A stretch of DNA of 64,000 nt from Takakia lepidozioides (Eukaryota; Plantae; Bryophyta), in the NCBI GenBank assembly GCA_030704615.1, contig CM060732.1, positions 18,600,001 through 18,664,000 of the forward strand, read 5' to 3'. Position numbers and translations under genes: made by a program. Below the pieces are notes generated by a model. The model was given only the letters and a program-made list of their open reading frames with translations, did not search any database and was not told where the DNA came from. Numbering within the stretch: the stretch's first letter is position 1; every line of letters begins with the position of its first letter. Below, one piece after another: positions 1 to 14,384 of this stretch.

Positions 1-3000
1 CCCAGCTGGCAGCAGTTGAATGGCAGCATCCTTTAGAAGACCTAGACGCTCACCATTTGATCGCCGCCGCCTCTTTTTTTTCTTTCCCCCTCCCCCTGCC
101 TCAACAGGGGTATGAGCAGGGTCTTGCAGTAAACTTAGACGCCCACTTGCCACTCCAAATTCTCTCTTCGCTTCAGCAGCAGCTTGCTCAGGTGTGGGTG
201 TCTCTGGAACTGTCATCTGGCTCTCCCTCAGTTGGTCTCTCATATGTATTGGGCTTCTCCCATTGCCATGATGGATGGTTTGTTTTTCATCTTGGTGCAT
301 GACAAATTCCCCATCTTCATCTGAGACCTCCATTTTGGCAGCCCCAATAATTAGTTCTTCAGAATTTTGGAGGCTGAATGGGTCATGAGTACGACGTACC
401 CCTGCTGTAGGCACCCAAAACTAAATCAGCACACATGCTCTATATTTCCTATTTCTGACCAACATTACCTATAGGAGGCACACATGAAGGGGATCACCAA
501 TTTAGCAAACATTGTATATTCAAATAGCACAGTAGCCTATGGAACACCGTGCAAGAGACTAGCAATGATACCTGTCTGATTAGTTTAATAAAACCCTTCA
601 TCTGGGTCATACTGGTTAAGTTGCTCATAGCATTTGCAGGAACATGGAGGAAGTGAGGAAAGAGGGGAGCTTATAGTTTCTTTTATTGATTCACCTCATT
701 TCACCACACCTTTGTGTCCCAGGATTGTTGGAAGCTAGGTGCTAGAAAGAGGATGATTTGAAACCAGCTAGGTGTCTATTCATGGAGGAAGACAAAAGAT
801 GCACCTGTCTACATGTTACTGAGGTGGGGGGGGGGGGGGGGGGGGGGGGGTGTGGGGAAGATTGCAGAGGTTGTGAGTACACAACGGAGCATGACACCTG
901 TGCTCCCTTTTGCTAAAGCAAAGAATGCAAAGGATGCCGTTTCCACAATTGAGCTACTAGACCGTCTCAGGTGTCCCTGTTCAACCCATTGTCTCTTTAG
1001 TAGGTTTCTTTTCATACCTCTACCTATTGGAGGGGGCGAGCCATCGGAGCAATGGTTCAAGGAAATTGATGAAGAGATAGGGGCTCAGCGTGTCCCCTTG
1101 GATGGTGCTTGCCTGGGTCTTTAAGACTGGATAAATGTGGGTTAATGCTGCCAACTACTCCACACAGTAAGGCATCTTCACCTTTTGGACTTCTACTAGA
1201 GAGTGTGGAGCCTATGCATTTCTCAATTCAAGCCACAGATTGTCATTCCATTTGATGGACTGATGTGTGTTAATTTGAAATGGACGTTCTCAGAACTATT
1301 GGTTAAAATGAATACTGGTACTGGCAGCCTGGGGAAATGGCCTCCAATCTTGGCTTTTAACAGCTAATATGTTGATCACAATGCATGGTTCAAGGCATTG
1401 AAGCCAAGAAAGGACAATGTCTATCCTCTCGAGAATTTTGGTGGCTTTATTGATGATCTTTATATATCAGAAAATGCAGTCCAGAAGATGCTGATGTATG
1501 TTACTTACCACCAGTGCGGCCCCCAGAGACATTACTCTCGCAGCCAGACACTTCAGAAAAACAGCTGATGATGGCAGCCAAGTCGTGACGCACCAGGTCC
1601 TTGGAGTTGTTTGCTACTTCATGGATGAAGAGGTCATGGGCTTGACGCAACGCAGCATGGAAGGCAACATATACGGAGAGGTCTGATGTAGCTTTAGGGC
1701 CTACACCTGTTTCAAAGGGCAACAAGCTACTCTGGTCAGTCTGTATCTGGCTCCAACTCTCTTATTCCCTTTCCCAACTTATTATTTATTACCCTCACAA
1801 TCTCCTCAGTTGCAACAAAGAACCAAAATCGAGAACAAGCACCCCACCATGTACTGATGCTGCCCAGGAAACCACCTCCCCGCTGACAGGTTTCTCTCTA
1901 CAGCTCCCCCTTCACCTCACTCTCCTCACTCTTGGTGTAGAAGCAAATGAATCTTGGAAAGACAAAGCCAATGAGTTCCTGCCTTTAGGGTGGGAATCAT
2001 GAGACGTGTATCGAAGGCACCTCACCCTTTGAAGACTTCTCAATACGCATGCGCTCAACTGCAAGGTTATAAAGGCCTCGGAGAATGTGGGCCAGGCGGT
2101 GGCATACAGTGTCCACCAAAGGGCCCAACCAGGACCGTGCTGCCGACTGGGCTAACACAAATGCTGCCTCCACGTGCCCTCCACGTCTGCCTGCATGGGC
2201 TTGCAAGACACTTACAACCTGCTCCGATACCCCATGCATGCATTCATTTTCATGAACTTCAGAAGACATCACTAAAGTGCTTATTGTTGATCCTGCCACA
2301 AATCAGGTTGAAGACTATTCCAAATCCGAATAGGCAATAAGGACAGCAAGAAAAGGTACTTCCAGTGGCACAGATATATCAAGTTGCGTCTAACCTTCTC
2401 CTTGGATACAGGTGGACACTCTATAGAGCAAGCAACACACTTGAACTCGTGCAGGACGCGTTCAAAAGCAGCACCCCCATACATTCGGAGACGTCCATTC
2501 AATGGTTCAATTTCCCCCATCTGTCCTGGCCATCTTCCGAACCCACTATCTGTCCTCTCTTCCTCAGAAGTGCAACCCCATTGTGCAGGGTCCGGACTAT
2601 CTACACCATCTAGCAGAGCAACCTGACAGGCATTGTAACTTCACATCAGTCACCTCATCGAACCAAAAATCTCAAATATGAAGTCACTCACACAAACCTC
2701 TGCATGACTGAAGAGAGACATACATATATAAGGAGATACTGGCACATACGTTCAGACTGGTTGTCAAATATACTGAGGTCTCACCTTTATCCTTTTGTAC
2801 TTCAATTAATGACTGTAAGCAGATGGATGACAACTACATTGCAGGCTACGGCGAGTTCTGCACTGAACAGTTTGCACCTTGTCAAGTGATCCCTCTAGAA
2901 TGGTCATCAAGCATACCATGTGCTTTGTTACTGATGACGCATGGATCATGGCCATTCTGCGCAAGGAACGAACATCAGATGCTGCTACCAGCTTAGCATC

Positions 3001-6000
3001 TGCAGAAGCCAATTCAGCACTGACCTCCCTGCAACGTTGGTCCAACAGCGCGAGTGTTTCTGGGGCAGCATCTCTGTATCTGTAGACCCAGACCAGTTGT
3101 ATTTCACTTACTCAAACAGACCATAACCATCTGACATTATCACATTTCCAACACATCTACCTGCAGAAAGGAACCCATATGTCTGATCTGAAGGCATCAC
3201 GGTGAAGAAAGCACAGTTTTTGTTTGACTTTAGAGCTGAATACTTGGGCTCGATAATTAGAGCTCTCTGGCAAAACTCTGAAAGGCCAGGGATCTGCCTT
3301 ATATCAACAGGAAGTCCCGCCCTGGAGGGGAACCTTCCAGGATGTTAATGGGCCCAATTTGCCCTCCTTCATCCTCCCTTTCCTTCTCTTTCTGCTCTCT
3401 AGAAATGGTTTGGGTTTATGGCCAGAAGGCCTACAGCAGGCAAGTTCTAAGGAGTACAATTTAAAGAGAAGTTCCCATGGGATCCAACCTGCGTTGCAAC
3501 TCAGCCTCTAAAAAGTGCCGCAGGTTTCCAAATCCAATGTGCGCCGCAAAACTCTCTTCGTCAAAGCCCCCAGCTATGTTCTCCCGAAGGAGTCGCAAGA
3601 CTTCAGCATCAACACTAGCGATCTGCCTCCTAAATTCATCGTTAGTACTGATGGCTCTGTCTTTAGGTAAGGCTACAAAGAAAGGCCGCACACTATCCCC
3701 CAAATAGCCTCCTGCGGTCAAGTATCGGTCCACTTCCCAGCGCTCTTGGAACTCCTGAGCATACACACAAACACATTTGTCTGAGATCTGTTGTGGGGAT
3801 GTGCGCTTGTTGCCTCTCTTGTTCTCTCTCCCACTTGCTTTCATGCTGCCCTTTTGGTGTCCTCCATCCAATGGCCAGAGCTAGTTTGAATCTTCACAGG
3901 TTTACACAATTCTGGCAGTGAAGCTACGTAAAACACATCCAAGTTTGAAACTTGTGTACCTTCATCCAATGTCCAGCATAATCATTCTGTAGATCTTCAT
4001 CCGGGAGTCGTAGAATGAAGTCGCAAACCACGCAGTGTGATTGTCTGTAACGTTCTTAGTGACTCATGCTACTCTTCCAAAGCCGCTTAGAAATGCAGTT
4101 TCTTTGTGTGAAATGGATGAATTCAATGATTCTATCTATGATTGCATGAATTTCAGGATCTCTGCACAATAGGTTAGTAGCCTCCTTGGTACAAAAGGAG
4201 TCCCTACACAACATAAGACAATGTTCTCAAACCTCTCTTCAAACAGATTACCATCAACTGAGCTCACCTTGCATGCTAATAGAGGTTGGACGGCAACACT
4301 AATATCCATTTAGTTGTCAGCATGAGTTGAAGAACGCCCATGTGTAAGACGTTCCAATAATTGACAGAGTGATTCGCATGTACCTTAAGCCGATTGTCGA
4401 ATTTGGACACTACAACCACGGTGCGCCGGAGTGAAGGGTCAATGGTTTTGACAGCATCTAGCCAGAGTGATGAGCACCACTCAACACTGCTCTGCTGCAG
4501 GAACAAGATTAGTCGGTGCTGGGGAGCAGCCAGTGTGCGCACCATGGACAATATTTCTTCAGGTGTGTTCTCTGGTTCTCCTTTCTTAGCCTACAGCCCA
4601 CAATTTGATCAAATAACAGAGTGAAGAGAAAACAAATCCATAAGAAAAAGTGGAGCAAGTAGAGCAAGAGAAGAGAGGGAGAATATGAATTTGAAGGAAG
4701 GAGAATGGTGTAGATGAAGGGAAGATGTTAAGTGCCCAGGGGTCACAAGAACAATCCAGAACCACATAAACTAAAGAGGAGAAACGCCGAGCATAGAGGA
4801 AGGGCAACTTTATTAAGTTCACAGAAGGCCACAAAGCCCATGAGACAGAGTAGGAGCCAAATTACACAACGACAAAAGCATTATTACATCCACAGAGGCT
4901 GAATGGCCTGGGGACACAAGTAGAAGAACACAGAGGAGGCATATAAGCTCAAAACAGGAGAGTTATGAAATAAGCATGGAAAAGCAACCATACCTTGAGA
5001 ACAAAGCCAGGTGTGTCAATAATGGTGAGGTTGGGGCAGAATGCATACTCTGCTCGCATGATAATCGGCTTTGAACTAACGGCTGTTCCCAATTTTTTGA
5101 GGCACTCATCCGTCCTCACTCGGATAGCATCAGCCACTGATGATGCCGGCACAATTACAGGGCCATACTCATCCGCGTCTTCTTCCTACAGGTACAGCGC
5201 ATCACTTGAGCCAGAGCTGAGAAGAAATCAATCGTACTTAAGTGTGGCGATAAAGAATGGCTTACAACAACACTCATAGAGGACAGACTTGAGGTGAGCA
5301 GACACAGGCTAAAGCAGTACGATGTCTGTGTGAATGTTGAATTTGCAGTGAGGCAATGCTACCTCCTCCATGCAAGTCCACATTCTTAAGGAGTTATGTA
5401 ATATCACACGAAGACGATAGACGACATGTTGACCAGAAAGGCCTCTTGACATTGGATGTATGCAAGACAGCTGGTAAAATGGATAATTTCTTCCAACCGC
5501 CATGTTTGAGCAGCAAGGGGCCGTCATCATCCATTGTCTTTGGTAGGGTACATCACTTGTTCCAGAACAAGTCTCAAGTGCTTGCTCAGATTGTTGAAAT
5601 AGCACCCGCGACGTCAAGGCCTTGAAAAAATCCACTGTTAGAGGGAAGATTCTTTGCTGCACCTGTCCATTCCATACCATTACTGAACTGCTCAATAGTG
5701 AACCAAAGTGGAAAATGGCTCGATGATGATAATCTCCGATAATATGCACGCATGTTTATTGCAACGCAGGAAACGATGCGCTGGTACAAGAGAACACCAA
5801 TTTGAGGAGAGAGCTACAAGATCTGCGCAATGAAGTATCTTCTTTGTCTTGCCAGGTCTTTGATCTTGGTTGGGGCAATGCGTCATGATGACACCCTGCA
5901 GGTTACCTGAAGAAGGTTTTCGTATCACAGTTAATTATTTAGGGACAAGGAGAACCAAGAAAAAACAACATTTTCTCTAGGCTCTGGCTCTCTCTCTCTT

Positions 6001-6376
6001 AGACATGAACTCTTACTTGGAGGCGGCAGCGAGGTTCCAGAGCAGTCGGATCGTGCAACATTTGCAGCATCAATGGGCGGCGGGTTCCCATTTCTACATC
6101 CCGAACATTGAACCTGAAGCCCAGCAGGGCCTCCAAAAGGGAGCTCTTACCATCAGATTGACCTCCCAACGCCACTATCTCAGGAATTTGTAGCTTCTCC
6201 CCAAATGCGACCGCACTCGCTTGCAATCGACTGTAAGCCTCGTATCTTGACCGCGATTCTGCGCTGTTGTAAATGGATTCGGCATGCTTGCATGTTGGAT
6301 TCTCCGCCCCGTGTTGCTGTGATAGTGTTAGCTTTCGGCCCCCTCCCCCAGTAAGCCCGTTAGCCATGCTCCCCAT
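1..6376 (-). CDS. DRP5A: Dynamin-related protein 5A (cytokinesis DRP5A family), multi-exon, 3' end runs off the window
   Basis: ATG 6376; GT-AG exons 6376-6017, 5185-4994, 4590-4384, 3754-3489, 3079-2917, 2622-2395, 2218-2026, a possible micro-exon ~1882-1848, ~1683-1509 and ~400-1. Motifs: P-loop GGQSDGKS, GTRRP, DTPG, SKFD. DRP5A-type segments YEAYSRLQASAVAFGEKLQIPEIV and LRESQMTVPETPTPEQ. Confidence 0.93.
826..850. repeat. Poly-G run (~25 nt) in a DRP5A intron
   Basis: Directly visible G homopolymer. Confidence 0.9.
1038..1106 (-). mobile_element. Non-LTR retrotransposon RT fragment (Dualen/RandI-like) in a DRP5A intron
   Basis: Minus strand reads TIQGDTLSPYLFINFLEPLLRWL, the QGDxLSP reverse transcriptase motif. 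Confidence 0.75.
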
Positions 6377-7394
6377 GCTAGCCACTTCCGAATCTGAGCG
6401 ACTTCTCGGGTATTAGATTAACCAGCCAGCGGGAGTGAGTGAGTGAGCAGTGGGAAATTTTGGGACAACTAAGCTGCTGCTGGAGAGAAGGTATCGTTAG
6501 CTATAATCATCCACCTTCTTCAAAATCAGACTGCTTGGGCTACACTCAAGATACCGCAACGAGCAAAATCTTTGCTCATCAGAAAGCCCGGTAGCACTGC
6601 AAAACGCTGCCCACCCTGGTCACATCAACACAAATCCTCCTTCACTTGCTGCCATTCACAAGATTCTCGCAACTTGCTTCAATCGACAGCGGTCTTCATC
6701 AACCACACCCCCACCCCTACCTCACTTCCCACGGATCTAGGTCACTCCTCTGAACACCCCAGAAACCTAGAGGTTTGAAATTTGAAACAAACAACACCAC
6801 TGTGTAATGACTCTATCCGATGGACGTAGCTTCCTACCGCTAGATAAAGATCTGCTGCCCCCCGGTCTGAACGACAGACGTCAGGTTTGCCGCCCTCGGC
6901 TACGGAATACAAACAAGAGAATGTACCATTATGCTGTTAACATATTCCGTATCCTGTCGAAGATTCCGTGGGCTGGTAAAGTGTATGCATTGGGTGAGAT
7001 TAATTAATACCAGAGAAAGCAGAAGTTGTTTTGAGAGTTGCAGAATTTGAACCTGAGGTTGTTGTTGGTTGGGTGGGGGCGGAAGGAGATGGAGATGCAA
7101 AGATGGAGATGCAGAAGGACTCGCAGGATCAGCGATGGCGGACGCTTCAAGCAAGCGATCGAATTGGACAGACACAGATTTGACAAGATTTCTCAGTCCA
7201 TAGTTGCGATGTTTGGGGGGTTTTGGGGACAGGATGTGGCTGGGCATGGCCTCTGATCCTTGGGTGGGAACAGCTGAGCCGAAAGAGCCGCCCTACGTTG
7301 GTGACCGATAACGATGCTTGAGTTAGAGCGTTTTGGTGAGCCAAGGGACGAGGAAGAAATCGAGGGGAGCCAGGTAGAGGAGTGTGAGGTAGGG

Positions 7395-9703
7395 ATGGGG
7401 TGGCGTAATTACTGGTTTGTTCGATGGGCTCGTTCCAACATCTACGATCCTTTTCTGCTCATCTTTCGCAGGTTTGAATTTTTCCACTTCTTGTTTTCCC
7501 TGAGAATAATCGTATTGGGGTTCTTCGCTCTGGCACTGAAGCTGACCAGTCCAAAGGTCGTAGCTGTACCCATTGCATGCATACAACCATGGGTAACAAT
7601 TTCTCCGCAAGTGGGTGCTGATGCATTCTTTAAGTGACATGGAGGTTTTCTACAAAAGCTTGAGAGAACAGCTCAATGATTGACTCCGATCACTCAAAGG
7701 TGCCATTCAAGTATATTCAATCCAGCTGATTTGTGGAAGTCAAAGTAACTAATCTCGCAAGTATGGAGGCAGGGTGGATAATGCAATCTTCTGGTTTCTC
7801 CCCGTTTCTCTAATTGGGGAAGGAGGCCTGGGTGGGTGTGGGGTGAGATTATTACTCCAATCTGCTGCCTGTTAAATCCACTTGCGTTGTATGTGCTGGG
7901 AATTGGTGAGGTGAGTCTTAGGCTGCCAGATCATCAATAAAACCTTACAATGCTGAAGTGTGTGCTGTGGTCATCTCATTCGGTTTTACTGATCTAAATA
8001 TGTCACAGCCATCTGAGACTGTGTCTTGGAATGGCAGGGGCACAGAGCCAAAGCAGCTTGCCATGTCGGCGGCTCTGGGAACCACACTTGGGATCTTTCC
8101 AATTTATGGTAAGTGAGGCTTCCATGAGACTGAGGTCAGGTAAGAGAGTAGAGAAGAGGAGGAGAGAGAAATACCTTTATGATACACAAGGAGATTACAA
8201 GCACCTCTATTGAGGATTCACAAACTTTATCATTGATGAGGGACTGGTGCATCGATGGGGATCTGGTTACTGTGTCCTTTGATTTCTAGTTGTTTTGGAT
8301 GGAGTAGGGTGGTATATGGTTATTCACTCTGATGCACTGTAAAGCACTGTAAAGCATCTACAGAGTGACCATTCTCTGTGATATTGAGGGCATAGTCTCC
8401 AAAATATATGAACACCTCTGGGAGCCCTACACCTCTGAGCCGATTGTGGAGTTCATTCAACCAAGCAGGGTATGGGGTGTCATTCTGGTTTACTGACGGA
8501 TCTGGTTTGTTATTGGTGCACAGGAGTGACTGTCTTTATGTGTGGAGCAGCAGCAGCAATACTCGGGCGCAAATGCCATGTGCCCACCTTGATGCTTGCC
8601 AATCTCATGGCAACACCTTTAGAGTTTAGGTGGGTTGTCCCCTTGTTCGATGGTTGCACCATCAGCGGTGTTGCAGACCAATGGACAGACCAGCGGAATT
8701 ATGTAAAAAAATTTGTCATTTCTTTAGGTTTCTTTCCATGCGAGTAGTGAGGAGTACAGAAAGTTCTTTGTGGAATCTCCTCAGTATCTGGTAAGGTGAA
8801 TACAGCAAGCCTGTCATAGAGGTGTTGATTACCTGTTGGGTTTTGACAGAGGGTAAAAATGTTTCTTTAACCTGATCCGTATACCACATCTTGTGGTGAT
8901 TCCCTACTGTGCGGACATTTGGAATTGCTGTGGGTGGTGCAGCTTGGTGGTTCCCTTTATGCGAATTGGGGAAAGGTTGCTGGGTGGCAGCCCCTTCCTA
9001 CTCTCTAAAGATGCGCTTTGGCAGGCAGTCACCTTCAAAGCTTCTAGCAAAGTGCTCTATGCTATTTTACATGCGGTGGGTCTTGTTTTATCCCCTGATC
9101 AGTTAACAAGTTCAACTTTTTCAGACAGACTTGCTACATTAGTAATTTACTGGCTGTGAATCACCAGGACAATAAAACTGAACACCCTTGAGGCTTCCCT
9201 ATTTGTCAGGTTCCCTCTCTAGTTGGCCTACTTTGATATTTCTTGCCAAAAGTTGGATGGGTCGTAGTTTAAAGACATGATTAGTCACTACTGTGTTCTG
9301 GGAGATTGTAGATAGGAACTATTAGGGCCATTTCTTCTGACAACCTAGAGATTGTAAGTCAGCTACTGTAAATTTGGAATGGAAGGGACAAAGTAGCAGG
9401 ATGTTGGCATGGGGCCTGTTCATATTTGTATGACTATACTGACTTAATGCATCACAGCACTAAACTAGGATCTGCTTCTTCGCAGAGTGACACTAACGAG
9501 AGTTGTGTGGCTGGTGTGTTCATCCACAGTTGGTCGGGTGGTTGATTGCTTCACCCTTCCTCTTCTTGGCCGTGTATATTTTCTTCCTTCCATTGGTGCG
9601 ATGGTCTCGACGGTATTTTGATATGGACAATCACCCCATCAGTCAACGCTTGAGTCTCCTAAATGAGGAAGTTGTTTCTTCAAGGAAAGATGTGGCTGCA
9701 TGA
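7395..9703 (+). CDS. DUF2062-family membrane protein, 5 exons, 186 aa
   Basis: Exons 7395-7471, 8038-8108, 8524-8629, 8943-9075, 9530-9703 splice in frame (561 nt). Protein contains RGTEPKQLAMSAALGTTLGIFPIYGVTVFMCG...TLMLANLMATPLEFSLVVPFMRIGE. Confidence 0.88.
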
Positions 9704-12630
9704 ATGTTGTCTGTAGTGTATCAGACTGGTAAGCTTCATGACTGCATTGACCAGTTTATAGGTGACATTCACAACAATTGCAAGTTCTTCCTTATGATTG
9801 TAAGTCAAAACAATTGATCTACACCGGAAGCACTTTGGATTGTGAGTTGCATCGTGTTTCGATCTATGCCAGAAGCGCTTGGATTGTGAGTTGCATCCTG
9901 TTTACTGCCAGTGTATTGCGTAAACAATTTGACAGTAAGATATTTCGTGGGCGTGGACCTGGTAGAGGTCACCTCTGTAGGCGTCAAGCACACCAAGCTG
10001 GTTTGTGAAGTATAGACGGACAAGGTGCAGGGTTGTGGTGCAGCTACCATAGTTATGTGCAGGTATAGGATCCACTCATTCTTGTCAGTGCTGGAGGAGA
10101 AGGATGAGAGTAAAAAACATTGTGCACTCATACAGATGGAACCACAATACATCTTCAAGTGGGAATCCATGTTCAAACCCATCTAGTTCAGTATTCGCAA
10201 ACTTCAGAAACACATACCATTGAAGGATCTGTGTTTCTGAGATCAGGCTCTGTTGCTTCACAACAAGGGATACACATGTGTTCATGAGCACAGCACAGTT
10301 GGCTTGCTAAACTAGGGGCAGTCCACCTGTTTGCAGTGTGTTTTACTATAATCCTTTCACAATTTGAATAGCAACACAAGAGGGGATAAGCATTGTGGAC
10401 AATGGGCAATGGACCTCCAAGTTTCCACTATCAGACATAACCCTGTCACAATGGCGACTCTAGGGTTAGCATATCAGGATGCTTAAGGCCAATACTATCA
10501 CAGACCAGGTAGTGCGCACAATGCTAGAGCTTGGTTTCAAGTTTCAACCCACAGACAGAACAAGTATGCAAGCAGATGGTCATTTTCATGCTGCAGTCCA
10601 TACTTCCACCAAACAATCATCAGAAGTCATCCATGCCAATCAGATTGGGACCAGACACCCAAGGATTGAAGTTTTGGAGACCAGGCAGGTTCTTCAGCTG
10701 CGCAAATCCCCTGCATGCCATCACCAGAAGTGCTCTCACAACATCTCCTAGGTACTACACACAAACCCCCACTCCAAAAATAACAGAAAGACTCAAAGAT
10801 AAAACACGAGAAACAACACAAGAGGGAGAAAGACAAGATTGATCTTCAATGTGTAATAGCATACGGGGAAGCACTAGAAATCATCAAGTATGGAAGAATA
10901 CCAACTAGGGCCCTTGATTCGACAAAAAACTGATCACATATCACTCCTTGAATAAATACTACTTTTTGTTTTTTTTCCAATAAGTGCATTGCACCAACAC
11001 TTCGTCCATCAACTTTCAACTCTGGTACAGATCTCTCTCTCATTGCTACAATAAGATGGTACAGATCTATCTCTCATTGTACAATAAGCTGTGGCATCAA
11101 TCAGAACAAAGGCAAAGACAGTCTGATTTGACGAGGCAAGTCCTAATTAAACAATAGGAGAGAATCTAACAATCAAAGCCAAGAGATAATTACTGACTGA
11201 CCTATAGCTTCTGCTTTAGAAAGATCAAGAGATTCGCCGATTCAAGTTGGCTAACATAAAGGTAAGCCCTACGAAGGTACACACACTCACCATTCTGCAA
11301 ATAGGTGAGCTATAAGAATTCTCTCTGGAATCTAATAAATGATAAAAATGGAAACTCTGGAAAGGAATTGGTATCCAATTGGACTAAGAACTTAAGCGAA
11401 TCTTGCCAGCACAAGCATTTGATCTCTCCCCTTCCCTCACTTATGAGACCAACCCCAACCAACCCCATCCCCTTGGCGCACAACGCCCGGTCATGTGCGC
11501 TCCAGACTTCAGACCATGGTTACAGTGTCGAGATTGCGTCCCCCCTATTAGGACTAGGCAGCAACCCCTGTATTCAGGAGGACACAAGGGCATGCACACA
11601 TCAATATTCTTGTCTGCCTCTCCTGATCTTTCAAATCTGTATCAAAACACTCACCTACTTTCCCCTGCTGCATACTCATCACAGTTGTTTCAAACCAGAG
11701 ATCCCTACAAAGGCATGGTCCTTTGAAGATAGAAAGAGAAAACCAAGTCCATTACTCTCTGCTGGCCAAGGACTATGCATGAGCGGCAGAGATTGCACTG
11801 TCAAACAAAGAATTTGTTCAAGCTGCATGCTGGAGAAGGTCCTTCCTTCTGTGGACTCGATGTCTAAACCACATGACACAGATGACTGTTTCCTGACACT
11901 CCTGGGAAACCCGCTACTAGAATTAAAAAACAAACAAAAGATTCAAATCCAAGAAACACCCCCCCCAAAAGGTTCAATTGAATCCATAGAGGTTCTCTCT
12001 CAACTTTCGGGTATATATAGACCTGGATGCATCCCGACACCACAGCACTGAGTGGAAGAAGCCAAACAAAAGAGATCTCAAAATAAGTACTGACAGTCAC
12101 TTTCCACCCTTAATATATACAGCCCCGCTACATACACTCCTAAACTTCCAAGGCTACATTTCTTCAATGACAAAAGGCACTGATTGATCGTTGTGCTGGA
12201 ATTCTGAGTTAACACCATCAGCTGCTGGGATCGAAACATAGGTGTAAGCTGTGATCCATGAAAGCACTACAAGGATGCTAGAGGCAACAATGGATCTCAA
12301 TAACAGAACATAGCAATATAAATGATGCACAAAAATGCTGGACTATACCTCACCTACAACAACCTCTCTTCTCAGTGCATTACCAGTCTAAGAACAGAGA
12401 CCCAAAATCACAAAAAAGTTACCAGCTGGATACCAATCATTCCCTTTCTACCCAGAAAGAACGTCTCCAAAAGTGGGATTAGCTGGCACCTATCAGGATC
12501 TCATTATCATACCACCTGTCCCTACATTGAGGCTCTTCCGTCCCAAGCTAAAAACTGGTTTACTAAGCAAGGACCTTAATCAACACATGTAGGCCCCCAC
12601 TAAAGCCTGGCAAGGGACGACAAGCAGTGA

Positions 12631-14384
12631 CTAGCCAGTGCGGTCACCAGCAGCAGGATAGGGCCTGAAGCGGGCATCAGGACCTCGCTGTGTCTGCCTG
12701 CCTGCTACACCATAGCCTCCCCCGTAGCCTGCAGACCCATTCACTGTCACGTCGGCAGCTGCGCTTCCACCCATGCTGTAGCCCCCACTGGCTGCGGCCC
12801 CTGAACCAGCAGGGGTTGTGTAGGAGTCAGTTCCGGCTGATCTCCATGTATTATCTGCATATCCAGAGCTCCCATACACATCCCCATAACCCGCAGCATA
12901 ACCACTACCACTGCCAGTTCCTCCCGCTGAGCTGCCATAGCCACCGGCAGTGCTGCCGTAACCCGTGCCTCTCCCACCATAGCCAGCAGCATTTGATCCG
13001 TAGGCAGTGTCACTGCTTCCATAACCATAGCCAGCAGTGCCGTAGCCTGCACTGCTACCAGTTGCCTGACCTGCTCCAGCTCCGGCAGAGCCCCCCCATG
13101 CTGCATTTCCATAACCACTCATGCTGCCAGCAGCAGTGGCCCCATAGCCAGTCGAACTTCCTCCGCTTCCATACCCGGCCCCCCCGCTGCCCCATGCACT
13201 TCTCCCGGCCACAGGGGCACTTCCATACCCTCCACTACCAGCCCCCCCACTCCCATAACCACCAGCCCCAGCTCCATAGCCAGCCCCACCTGGAGTGCTT
13301 CCATATCCGCCACTGCCGTAACTGGCCCCAGCGGCACTGCCATAGCCACCGCTGTTACCGTAGCCACCTCCACCGTAACCCCCGTTCATGCCCGCCCCGT
13401 AACCTCCACTGCTTCCATAGCCAGCGGTGCCATAGCCAGCGCCGCCATAGGCACCATAGCCCCCTCTTCCACCAGGAGTAGGACCATACCGGCTGTCTCC
13501 CCGGCCTCCGTATCCGCCTCCGGGGCTGGAGTTGTAGCCTTGGCCATAGCCACTACCGTAGTTGCCCCCGCGGCCACCCCCTCCAAACCCGCCAGTGGAC
13601 TGGCGACCAGTTCCTGCAGAGAGCTCCTTGGGAATGGCACGTTTTACCTCGACCATCTTTTCGTTGAGCTCATGGAAGGATTTGGTGAGAACATTCTCCA
13701 CTGCATCCTCAGAATCAAAAGTGATGAAGCCAAACCCACGAGGCCTTTGAGTATTGTGGTCATACATAACAACCACATCTGTAATAGTACCAAACTGCTC
13801 GAAATATTTTTTGAAGTCATCTTCAGTAACAGTTGAGGCTAAGCCACCCACAAATATCTTCTTTGTCCTAGTATGACTCGCTGGCCCAGGGCCACCGCTG
13901 TTGCTCCTAGGCACATTCTGCTGCTCATCCCTCGGCACGGCTTTTTTCGCTTCCACCTAAATAAAATTAAGAGAGACAGCTAAACTAGTTATAACATGGA
14001 CAATCCCAGACCAGACCTGCATTGTAGACCACGCACATCCACTCACTCAAGACACGACACAGGACAGGCCCGGCCTGCCTTCCAAGGCAGGCCCGGCACA
14101 AGACACATTCATCGACTCTCACTTTACAACAACATTCTTGACACTAACTCACTGACGCTTACCGTTCTGCCATCGATAGTATGCTTCTCCGTCACTACGC
14201 GGTCAGCCACCGCCGGATCTGCAAAGATCACAAATCCAAACCCTCGCGCCCGTCCGGTGGCTCTATCCTTCATGATCACAGTTTCCGCTACTTCCCCATA
14301 CGCCTTGAAATAATCCCGCAACTTCTCCTCCGTGGTCTCCCATGATATTCCCCCAATGAAAAGCTTCCCCTGGTCCGAGTCCAT
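12631..14384 (-). CDS. hnRNP A/B / Musashi-like RNA-binding protein (2 RRM + Gly/Tyr-rich tail), 515 aa
   Basis: Exons 14384-14163 and 13956-12631. RNP2/RNP1 motifs KLFIGGI...RGFGFV and KIFVGGL...RGFGFI; long GGYG low-complexity tail. Confidence 0.95.

Noticed and set aside
1-6376. ARC5/DRP5B (chloroplast division) assignment
   Set aside because: The N-terminal and C-terminal signature segments match DRP5A rather than ARC5.
11305-12051. 248-aa ORF on the + strand
   Set aside because: It has no recognisable domain and a non-ATG start, and lies antisense to the probable 3' UTR region of the RRM gene.
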